A stretch of 64,000 nt of DNA, taken from positions 9,744 to 73,743 of the forward strand of contig CAZGYV010000003.1 of NCBI GenBank assembly GCA_964530725.1, read 5' to 3'. Each line of letters starts with the position of its first letter. Positions within the stretch are counted from its first letter, which is position 1. The notes under the pieces were generated by a model. That model was not told the DNA's origin. It worked only from the letters and a program-made list of their open reading frames with translations, and did not search any database. Of this stretch, positions 25,049 through 33,190 are shown in pieces. Made by a program: the position numbers and the translations under genes. The stretch is from an uncultured Candidatus Saccharibacteria bacterium (GTDB lineage: Bacteria > Patescibacteriota > Saccharimonadia > CAILAD01 > CAZGYV01).

Positions 25049-26334
25049 GATTTTTTCTCTTCCCTAGCATATTGTAACAAAATTCCAACAGCTTTTTCGG
25101 TCAATAAATGGTTCTTCAAATCATCACGAAAATGCTCATGCTCCATCTCTTTTTGGATCTGAGGATCAGTGTATTGAGCCTTCATCTGGTGATAGTGCTC
25201 GTCGAGCTCCCGCTCCGAGACGGTCAGTTTATTATCATCCACCAGGCGGCGGACGATCAAAGCGATTTTAACGCGTTTATTAGCTTCCGCGTCAATCTCC
25301 CCGTCGACCTCCGACTCGGTCTTGCCTTGGATTTTTAGATACTGCTCAAGTGTCAGACCATTAGTACTCAGATTATTATTAACCTCTTCCTTCAATTTAG
25401 CCACCTGATACTCGATCAAGCTGGCAGGCACCGTAAACTCGATCTTGGCAAGCGCGTTATCGAGCACCTGCTGCTCGTATTGCTTTTTCTGCTGATCGGC
25501 TTTTTGAGCCTCTAGGCTCTTTTCGACATCGAGCTTTAGCGCCGCTAGAGTCTTAAAAGCACCAATCGACTGAGCGAATTCATCGTTAATCGCCGGCAAT
25601 TCGACTTTATTAACCTCGTGAACTTGAACTTTAAATACCACCTTCGCACCGGCCAAATCTTTATGCCCGTAGTCTTTTGGGAAAGTTACCTCGAATTCCT
25701 TTTTGTCGCCTTTTTTCAAACCGATCAGATTTTCTTCAAATCCGGGGATAAACTGCTTATCACCAACTGTAATGGTTTGATTTTTTGCAGCCGCCCCCTC
25801 GACAGGTTTGCCTTCACGCACCCCCTCAAAGTCCAGCTTCACCTCATCGCCATTGCCAATCGGCGCGGTTGATGGCAATCGCTTCGCCATCTGTTTTTGC
25901 AAGCTTTTGAGGGTATCATCGACTTCCTGCTTATCTATTTTGAGCACTGGCTCTTTGACGATTAATTTTTTCGCGTCAAAGCCAAAACTTGGCATGATCG
26001 CCACTTTGGCCTCGAATTCCAACTCGCTATAAGGCACGAATTTCTTGAGTGTAATCTGCGGCGCGTCGATCGTCTCGAGCTTTTCCGCTTTCACGCCCTG
26101 AGAGTAGGCCCGCATGACCACCGCCTCGACGACGTGCGACTGGACATAATCTGTGCCCAAATGACGCTCAGCAATATTATCAGGCATTTTACCTGGCCTA
26201 AAACCGGATATTTTGAGGTCTTTTTTGAGATCGGCGATAGTGGCCGCTTTAATCGGCTCGATAAATTCAGCCGTGACTTCGATTGTAATTTGGGCCGTAC
26301 TATCGGCGTTCTTTTTGAGAGTATGTTTGATCAT
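25045..26334 (-). CDS. tig: Trigger factor
   Basis: GFRPGK ribosome-binding signature; FKBP-like FIPGFEE...FPKDY; upstream of clpP. Confidence 0.96.
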   Translation of the reverse strand: MIKHTLKKNADSTAQITIEVTAEFIEPIKAATIADLKKDLKISGFRPGKMPDNIAERHLGTDYVQSHVVEAVVMRAYSQGVKAEKLETIDAPQITLKKFVPYSELEFEAKVAIMPSFGFDAKKLIVKEPVLKIDKQEVDDTLKSLQKQMAKRLPSTAPIGNGDEVKLDFEGVREGKPVEGAAAKNQTITVGDKQFIPGFEENLIGLKKGDKKEFEVTFPKDYGHKDLAGAKVVFKVQVHEVNKVELPAINDEFAQSIGAFKTLAALKLDVEKSLEAQKADQQKKQYEQQVLDNALAKIEFTVPASLIEYQVAKLKEEVNNNLSTNGLTLEQYLKIQGKTESEVDGEIDAEANKRVKIALIVRRLVDDNKLTVSERELDEHYHQMKAQYTDPQIQKEMEHEHFRDDLKNHLLTEKAVGILLQYAREEKKS

Positions 26335-26393
26335 AACCTGACTATTTTAGCAAACTTTCTCTCTTTTATGAATACCTTTAAGTAAAAATGAAG

Positions 26394-26438
26394 GCACCCG
26401 GACTCACCCCTTGATAGTCAAGAAGAAAGTCCGGGTGC
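26394..26438 (-). terminator. Hairpin after CHAP-lectin gene
   Basis: GCACCCGGACT/AGTCCGGGTGC 11-bp stem. Confidence 0.6.
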
Positions 26439-26473
26439 TAAAGCGGCCTTTTAGTCAGCCGCGCTTATGCCTC

Positions 26474-27853
26474 CTAGATGTCGTGGTATTTCTGCCACAA
26501 CCGCTGATCGGTGCCAAGCACCAAGACGTCGATCGCCCCGACCGACCAGGACACTGTGCCCGGTGCGGAAGTCAGCCCACCACCGAGTGACTCCCAATTG
26601 TACCACCTGTCGGCATACCAAAGATGGATTAGGTCGTTGTTTATCCCCCGAGCAAAAACATCGAGCCGGCCAGGTGCCCACGACGACACGGCTGGAGCGG
26701 AAGTCAAACTGCCGCCCAGGCACTCCCAGTCATACCAACGTCCGCCATCGTACCATTTGTGATACATGGTCGAGATGCCCGGCCGCGAGAAGTCCACGCT
26801 GCCGACAAAGATGTCAATGCGCCCGGGGCCCCACGACACGGCCGCCGGATCAGTAGTCAAATACCCGCCCAGCGACTCCCAACCGCTCCAACCACCTGAG
26901 AACCACTTGTGCACCAAATCACCATTTAGCCCGCGAGCGAAGACGTCCAATCGGCCAGGCGCCCACGAAGCTACGCTTGGAGCAGAGGTTATCAGTCCGC
27001 CAAGCCACTCCCAGTCATACCAGCGCCCGTTGTCATACCATTTGTGCCAGAGCGACGCGTCCACGCCTTTGGCAAAGATATCGATCCGGCCTGACATCCA
27101 GGCTACCGCGCTCGGCGCGCTGGCCAGAATAGTACCAGCCGGAGCGCCAAGCGATTCCCAGTCAGACCAAACACCGCCGACAAACCAGCGATGCGCCAAT
27201 TGCAGGTTGTCATCACGAACAAAAACATCCAATCGGCCGCGGCCCCAAGTGGTTACCGCTGGGGCTGAAGTAAATGTTTGAGTGGAAAACTGCTGCCACT
27301 CGCGCCAATTCGCCACACTGCCCGCAATCACTTTGCCGAAACGCCAGGCTCGCGCCACCCAGCCAGCAGCCGGGCTTGGCCGCCAATTGGTCGCTCGCGT
27401 AACTCGGCCTGAGCCAAGTGGGACGTTCGACTGCACGATGTCAAAGTAGCCATTGCCATGATTTGCCACCACGACGACAGTGTGGGCGTAGGTCCAGTCA
27501 TTGTTAGCGTAAACCAAGTTGTTGCTGGTGTACTGAATGACGTCACCTTTGACGGCACTGCCAAGCGACACCGAGCTGGCGCCCGAAGCGACATAGCCCG
27601 ATATCACCCCGCCGCCACCGAAATAACCACCGGCCGCACCCACCCAACGCTGGGCACTTTTGATGCACTCGCCGGACATATTCCAGCCCGTCGCCCGAAC
27701 GGAGCCAACCTCGGCAATTGCCGCATCAGCCACCCTGCCATTGTCAAAATTCTGGGCCGCGTTGGCCGCTGGGGCGTCCAGCAACCCGGCAGCTAGCCAG
27801 ATCGAAGCGGCGATTACCGCTCCGACGACATACCGCGCTATCCTGTCAATCAC
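26474..27853 (-). CDS. Secreted CHAP-like peptidase fused to PLL/DUF346-type lectin-like beta-propeller repeats
   Basis: AAGGAGG then GTG at 27853; signal peptide ending ANA; GEC...GDVIQY...HTVVV...IVQSN; six repeats of SAP..SW..GRLDVF.RG....L.HKW...W..WESLGG. Confidence 0.8.
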   Translation of the reverse strand: MIDRIARYVVGAVIAASIWLAAGLLDAPAANAAQNFDNGRVADAAIAEVGSVRATGWNMSGECIKSAQRWVGAAGGYFGGGGVISGYVASGASSVSLGSAVKGDVIQYTSNNLVYANNDWTYAHTVVVVANHGNGYFDIVQSNVPLGSGRVTRATNWRPSPAAGWVARAWRFGKVIAGSVANWREWQQFSTQTFTSAPAVTTWGRGRLDVFVRDDNLQLAHRWFVGGVWSDWESLGAPAGTILASAPSAVAWMSGRIDIFAKGVDASLWHKWYDNGRWYDWEWLGGLITSAPSVASWAPGRLDVFARGLNGDLVHKWFSGGWSGWESLGGYLTTDPAAVSWGPGRIDIFVGSVDFSRPGISTMYHKWYDGGRWYDWECLGGSLTSAPAVSSWAPGRLDVFARGINNDLIHLWYADRWYNWESLGGGLTSAPGTVSWSVGAIDVLVLGTDQRLWQKYHDI

Positions 27854-28070
27854 TACCCCTCCTTGAAAGTAGTGCATCCCGATCTGACAAGCTAGAATTA
27901 GCCGCAAAAGCAAATCGGCAAAAATCAAAAAAGGGACTTTTTACAAAAAAAGCCCTCCTTTTTAAAATCATGCAATCCGCTCGGTGTAACCTAGCTGATA
28001 CCAATATAATCAGACGTCTACTCGAATGCAATCATGAGCAAGATAACGCCTCCAGGTCTACTAAATCTAA

Positions 28071-28099
28071 TTGACAATATATACTAAATATGATATAAC
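28071..28099 (+). promoter_or_regulatory. sigma70-type promoter facing tRNA-Leu in antisense
   Basis: TTGACA-N17-TATAAC with TG extension. Confidence 0.45.
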
Positions 28100-28127
28100 G
28101 AGGAGATAGATAGTTTTCTCTCTCTTC

Positions 28128-28286
28128 TGGTGCGGATGGGATGATAGGACAGCGGCTAGCACCTTCTCCGCATAGTAGTCCTCGATCCGCCAGCTGGCGG
28201 ACTGCGCGCTTTGCTCCACCGAACCTTTACGGTTCGCTCGTATTCAATACCAAAGTTCAACTGCCACTAAAGTGGCAATTAAACTT
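28128..28286 (-). repeat. tRNA-linked element ending in a duplicated tRNA-Leu 3' end
   Basis: 28128-28150 TGGTGCGGATG-GGATGATAGGAC repeats 28287-28304 TGGTACGGATGATAGGAC; palindrome CCGCCAGCTGGCGG; hairpin CGAACC/GGTTCG. Confidence 0.7.
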
Positions 28287-28373
28287 TGGTACGGATGATA
28301 GGACTCGAACCTACACGGGTTTTACCCCACTAGCTCCTAAGGCTAGCGTGTCTACCAATTCCACCACATCCGC
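28287..28373 (-). tRNA. tRNA-Leu (UAG)
   Basis: Cloverleaf GCGGATG...CTAGC-CT-TAG-GA-GCTAG, long variable arm, GGTTCGAGT, encoded CCA. Confidence 0.95.
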
Positions 28374-28521
28374 TTAAAGTCTCTGACGAGCATTTCACCC
28401 GTCGCACATAATTATACAATCATGTGCTCTAACTTTCATCTCGCCGTTCCTTTTAAATCACTAAACAGCAATCTAAACCCCATGATCATCAGCAAATGGT
28501 ATTCGTTTTTATTAGCTTGGT

Positions 28522-29079
28522 TTAGTGATTTAGGGTTACGCTTTTAGGTTCTTTTTCAAAATAACCAATCTGGGTGTCGCCATAAATTTTACGGCTTACT
28601 ACCTCGAAACCACCAATTTTATCGGGCAAATCAGTTTTTGATGAACACGAGATTATCAAAAGACCGCTATATTGTAGCAGATTATCCAAACTGGTGACCA
28701 CTTTGGTGTCAAAATCCGCGTAGGGCGGATCAAAAAATATCAGATCATAGGCCTCTAGCTGTTTGCCAATAAAACTTTCGACCAGGCCGCCATGCACCCG
28801 TGAATTACCTGCGAGATCTAAGCTCTGCAAGTTTTGCTTAATCGAGGTCAGAGCTGCTTTTGACCTGTCGACAAAGTCAACATTGCGAGCGCCGCGGCTA
28901 AGTGCCTCGATGCCCAGCGCGCCGCTGCCGGCATACAAGTCCAACGCTCGAGCACCTTGCGTCCTCTCGCCAAGGCTTGAGAAAATTGCCGCCCTGACTT
29001 TATCAGTCACCGGCCGGGTTGCGCTGCTAGCTGGCGCCTTGAGAGACCGACCGGCCAGCTTGCCACCTGTTACTCTCAT
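28522..29079 (-). CDS. rsmD: 16S rRNA m2G966 methyltransferase
   Basis: MRVTGG...TRP.TDKVR.AIF...DLYAGSGALGIEALSRGA...DPPY. Confidence 0.93.
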   Translation of the reverse strand: MRVTGGKLAGRSLKAPASSATRPVTDKVRAAIFSSLGERTQGARALDLYAGSGALGIEALSRGARNVDFVDRSKAALTSIKQNLQSLDLAGNSRVHGGLVESFIGKQLEAYDLIFFDPPYADFDTKVVTSLDNLLQYSGLLIISCSSKTDLPDKIGGFEVVSRKIYGDTQIGYFEKEPKSVTLNH

Positions 29080-29849
29080 TTTTTAGTTGCCAGTTGCTCA
29101 AGCTTCGGCTTCTGGCCAGCTTGCTCGTAGGCACTTAGCCAGCCGGCAGCAATAAGCTGCGGTATCCTTGGAATAACCATCGAGCGGACTGACTTAGCCA
29201 CGCCTATCGTCCAACCTTTTTTCAGAAATTGGTCGTATAAATTCAATTTTGCAACTTTAAGCGATTCCTCACGCAGAACCTCACCCATGCCTTTTTCTTG
29301 GACTCGTTTGTAAAGCGCTTGGTCAAAACTCGTCCGAATTGGCGAAAACAGCATCGACGAAGACACGCCAGTCTCAAACGCCACATGACTGCTCATCAGC
29401 CCCTTGCGCCCCCAGTAAAGCCAGTTGCGTCGGATCTTACTGGAATCTTTGTATTCGGCCGCGATCAGTTGATGGCTAATATGGTGAGCTGGCGTGAGCG
29501 CGTCGGTGATATAGTGCGCCATCCAGCCAGCCTCAAAGCTAGCTTTCACTAGATCGCCGGCTTTGATCGCTGAGGCCATGTTACGTGAGTGAACATCAAC
29601 CCAGACTGGCAATTGGCCGATTTCATTGACCGGATCCCACAGATGATCAGTATTATGTTGTCCTTTGACCTTAAGGCCGTCAGGGCCACCGATTCCCTCG
29701 AATTTCAAGATTTGGGCGCGGGCGGGAAAAACGTCATGGTCAACCAGCGGACTTATCAGGCGATAAGCCGTGCGATCGAATTTCTGATGGGTACCAATGG
29801 TGCTAAAAGCACGCCCTCTGGTAGCAAATGATAAAAAGCCTGAATTCAT
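29076..29849 (-). CDS. Hypothetical protein, zinc-dependent phospholipase C / S1-P1 nuclease-like fold
   Basis: TH...PD...H...GWMAHYITD..TPAH...HVAFE metal-ligand pattern. Confidence 0.6.
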   Translation of the reverse strand: MNSGFLSFATRGRAFSTIGTHQKFDRTAYRLISPLVDHDVFPARAQILKFEGIGGPDGLKVKGQHNTDHLWDPVNEIGQLPVWVDVHSRNMASAIKAGDLVKASFEAGWMAHYITDALTPAHHISHQLIAAEYKDSSKIRRNWLYWGRKGLMSSHVAFETGVSSSMLFSPIRTSFDQALYKRVQEKGMGEVLREESLKVAKLNLYDQFLKKGWTIGVAKSVRSMVIPRIPQLIAAGWLSAYEQAGQKPKLEQLATKK

Positions 29850-29877
29850 TTTATATGTAGGCGATGTCCTTGATTGA

Positions 29878-31911
29878 TTAATCGAGCGAAGTAACTTTTT
29901 TCAAGCTGTTGATGCGGCTTGTTAAGCGCTCGTATTTTAGCAGATTGCGGGTCTCAAGGAAAGTCTGAGCCGCTTTCTTGACCGTCGCGACAAGCTCGGT
30001 ATCGGTAATGTCGGCGATGCGCAAATCGAGCTCGCCGTGCTGACGACGGCCATAGATTTCACCCGGCCCGCGCATTTCCAGATCAATCTGCGCCAGCCTA
30101 AAACCATCATTGCTGCGCTCAAGAGCACACAAACGTGTCAAAGTTTCTGGCTGGCTACTGTCAGAGAATAAAAAGCAATATGACTGAGTCGAGCTACGAC
30201 CAACTCGACCGCGCAATTGATGCAAAGCGGCCAGACCGAAACGATCGGCACTTTCGATCATCATTGTGGTGGCTCGCGGTACGTCTACCCCGACTTCGAT
30301 CACTGACGTAGCTATTAAGATATCTAGGCTGCCTTCGGCGAATTGCGCCATGATGGTTTCTTTTTGGTCGGCCTTGAGCTTGCCGTGCAACAAACCAATC
30401 CGGCGATGAGCAAAAACGGTTTTCGACAGCCTCTCGTATTCCTTGGCCACGCTCTTCGCACCCAGCTTGTCAGACTCGTCAATCAAGGGACATACCACGA
30501 AGGCCTGCTGACCCTTGTCTATCAGCTTATCCACCTGAGCGTATACCCTATCCCGAGCCAGTTCGGCTACGAGTTCAGTTTTGACCGGCTTGCGTCCTGG
30601 CGGCAATTCAGTGATCACCGACAAATCAAGATCACCGTAAATCACCAGCGCCAAACTGCGCGGGATCGGTGTGGCAGTCATCGACAATAAATGCGGCATC
30701 AAAGCGGCTTTGGCTCTGATTTGACGCCGCTGATCGACCCCAAAGCGATGCTGCTCATCGATTACCACTAGCCCGAGTTTTGCAAAATCGACTCCTGATG
30801 AGAGCAACGCGTGAGTGCCGATTACAAGCCCTGTCTCACCACTTTTAAGCAGCTGGTGGGTTTGTTTTTTCTCAGCCGGCTTGAGGGCTGATATCAGCAA
30901 ATCAACCTTAACACCAAGTGGTTCAAACAACGCTCGCGCCGAATTAAAATGCTGCCGGGCTAAGATCTCGGTCGGCACCATCAGGGCTGCCTGGTAACCA
31001 GCCTTAGTTGCCATGTAGCTCGCCATCATCGCCACTGCCGTCTTACCGCTACCGACATCTCCTTCGAGCAAGCGATTCATTGGAAAATCTCTATCCAAAT
31101 CCTGGAAAATTAACCAAGCCGCTTTCTTTTGGCCATCAGTCAGCTGGAATTTTAATTGCCCCAGGAACTCTTTGGCATAGCGAGTTTCAAACGGAATCTT
31201 GACCGAGCTTTCGGTCTGAATCTCCGACTTGATAACTAGTCCGGTCGCTATTAGATAGAACAATTCTTCAAAACCAAGCCGTCGTTTCGCTGCTTCCAGC
31301 TCCTGCGCACTGCTTGGCCGATGCAAGGCCGTGATAGCCTGGGCGTGACTTAGCAAATTGTGCTCAGTACGAATCTCGGGCGGCAAATCATCGGCCAAGT
31401 CTTGGCTTAATTCGATTACTTGGGCAATTAATTTAATAATTATATTGGAGCTAATCGAGTTATTCTCCGGATAGACGGGAATAATTTTACCCTTGTCTGA
31501 AGATTTGGTGGTAGCTATTTCGAAACTTGGCGTTTGCAAGCTTAAATTATTGTTTTTAAATTCAAACTTACCGGCAAAAAAGTATTCCTGACCCTCTTTG
31601 AGCGTCTGAACCAGATAAGGCTGATTAAACCACGCCGCCTTAATAGTGCCAGTATCATCAACTAATATGGCTTCGATAATGGTCAGTCGACGCTTCATCG
31701 CCCGCTTGATATTGACCCGCTCGACTCGAGCTCGCACCGTCACCAGGCCGGGTTTGAGCTCAGCCACCTTATAGACTTTCGAGTAATCCTCGTGCCGGCG
31801 TGGAAAATGGTACAACAAATCAGCCACTGTCTCGATCTGCAGCCGCGCCAAGCCCTCTTGCACCACCGGCCCCACACCCACCAAGCGTGAAACTGAACTA
31901 TCTAGCTTCAT
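29878..31911 (-). CDS. recG: ATP-dependent DNA helicase RecG
   Basis: MNRLLEGDVGSGKT, DEQHRFGV, MTATPIPR, LHQLRGRVGR, RGPGE. Confidence 0.98.
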   Translation of the reverse strand: MKLDSSVSRLVGVGPVVQEGLARLQIETVADLLYHFPRRHEDYSKVYKVAELKPGLVTVRARVERVNIKRAMKRRLTIIEAILVDDTGTIKAAWFNQPYLVQTLKEGQEYFFAGKFEFKNNNLSLQTPSFEIATTKSSDKGKIIPVYPENNSISSNIIIKLIAQVIELSQDLADDLPPEIRTEHNLLSHAQAITALHRPSSAQELEAAKRRLGFEELFYLIATGLVIKSEIQTESSVKIPFETRYAKEFLGQLKFQLTDGQKKAAWLIFQDLDRDFPMNRLLEGDVGSGKTAVAMMASYMATKAGYQAALMVPTEILARQHFNSARALFEPLGVKVDLLISALKPAEKKQTHQLLKSGETGLVIGTHALLSSGVDFAKLGLVVIDEQHRFGVDQRRQIRAKAALMPHLLSMTATPIPRSLALVIYGDLDLSVITELPPGRKPVKTELVAELARDRVYAQVDKLIDKGQQAFVVCPLIDESDKLGAKSVAKEYERLSKTVFAHRRIGLLHGKLKADQKETIMAQFAEGSLDILIATSVIEVGVDVPRATTMMIESADRFGLAALHQLRGRVGRSSTQSYCFLFSDSSQPETLTRLCALERSNDGFRLAQIDLEMRGPGEIYGRRQHGELDLRIADITDTELVATVKKAAQTFLETRNLLKYERLTSRINSLKKVTSLD

Positions 31912-31935
31912 GACGTCGCCCTTTAGTGATAACTC

Positions 31936-33132
31936 TTATTTTTCGAGCTTTATTTTCTTAAATCGCCGTTTGCCGACTTGAATAACCATGTCATCGATAA
32001 GCTCAATCTCGCTTTCTGTTGACACTTCGTCATTGATGCGCACGCCATTTTGATTGATGACCCGCCTGGCTTCGGATTTAGATAAGTGAAAATGTTCGGA
32101 AATAAAATCAACTAGATTATGAGGCCGCTGCTTCTTGATCACAACCTCCTCGATATGCATAGGCTTTTCCCCGGACCGAAATTGTCTGTTCCAGGCTTCT
32201 TCAGCCTCGACGGCGGCCTGGTCACCCCAATAGCGAGCAACAATCGCGCGGCTCAGACTTGCCTTGGTGTCGCGTGGGTTGTCACCTTGGGCCATATTTT
32301 TCTCGATCTGCTCTATCACTTCGAGCGCAACATCGGTGCACATTTTAAAGTAAACCGGAATCAGTTCGTCACGAATCGCCATCACTTTGCCATACATCTC
32401 GAGAGGCTGATCGGTGATGTATATACAATTACCCCACGATTTACTCATCTTGCGACCATCAATTCCTTCTAAGAGTTGCATGGTCATAACACTCTGCGGC
32501 TCTTGGTCGAAGGCTTTTTGCAAACTGCGCCCAGCCATCATATTAAATAATTGATCGGTGCCGCCCAATTCTAGATCGGCCTTCACCATCACCGAATCGT
32601 AGGCCTGCAAAACAGGGTAAAGCGTCTCATGCAAACCAACTGGCTTGCCGCTTTTGAGGCGCTTGGCAAAATTATCGCGTTCGATCATTTGGCCGATCGT
32701 GTAGCTGCTGGCAAGCTTGATAAATTCATCTAGCCCGAGCTCGCCAAACCAGCTGCTATTGTAGTGAAACTCAGTTTTTTTAGGGTCGAGGATCTTGCCA
32801 AGCTGTTCGAGATAGGTCTTTTCATTCGCCTTGACTTGCGCTGCGGTCAACATCGGCCGTTCGGCATTTTTATCTGAAGTATCGCCGATTTGAGCGGTAA
32901 AATCACCAATTATCAAGACAATTTTGTGGCCCAGCTCCTGAAAAGCCCGCAGCTTCCACAGGACTGCAGCATAGCCCAAATGAACTTTAGGGCCAGTCGG
33001 ATCAATACCAAGTTTGACGCGCAATTTACGGCCCTTTTTCAGCTTATTCTCAAGCTCTTCGCGAATAATAACTTCTTCGACGTTTCTGTTAAGCAAATCT
33101 TGGATTGAATGATTTTTTTTATCTGCAGTCAT
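31936..33132 (-). CDS. tyrS: Tyrosine--tRNA ligase
   Basis: GIDPT...HLGY, YPVLQAYDS, GGTDQLFN, KMSKS, C-terminal S4-like domain. Confidence 0.97.
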   Translation of the reverse strand: MTADKKNHSIQDLLNRNVEEVIIREELENKLKKGRKLRVKLGIDPTGPKVHLGYAAVLWKLRAFQELGHKIVLIIGDFTAQIGDTSDKNAERPMLTAAQVKANEKTYLEQLGKILDPKKTEFHYNSSWFGELGLDEFIKLASSYTIGQMIERDNFAKRLKSGKPVGLHETLYPVLQAYDSVMVKADLELGGTDQLFNMMAGRSLQKAFDQEPQSVMTMQLLEGIDGRKMSKSWGNCIYITDQPLEMYGKVMAIRDELIPVYFKMCTDVALEVIEQIEKNMAQGDNPRDTKASLSRAIVARYWGDQAAVEAEEAWNRQFRSGEKPMHIEEVVIKKQRPHNLVDFISEHFHLSKSEARRVINQNGVRINDEVSTESEIELIDDMVIQVGKRRFKKIKLEK

Positions 33133-33190
33133 ATGATTAGCATTATAGCAGGGATGATGGTTTCATGGTATAATTTGGGCTACAAAACTT

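Noticed and set aside
26421-26470. GAAGAAAGTCCGGG resembles the RNase P CR-I sequence GAGGAAAGUCCGGG
   Set aside because: It is one arm of an 11-bp hairpin in a short intergenic gap; no room or other conserved regions for RNase P RNA
26467-27281. Repetitive + strand ORFs and DNA repeats that could suggest an array
   Set aside because: They are antisense shadows of the propeller repeats; no identical repeats with unique spacers, and I saw no CRISPR array or cas gene in the window
28141-28377. 78-aa + strand ORF ending GTDDRTRTYTGFTPLAPKASVSTNSTTSA
   Set aside because: Antisense translation of tRNA-Leu and its linked element
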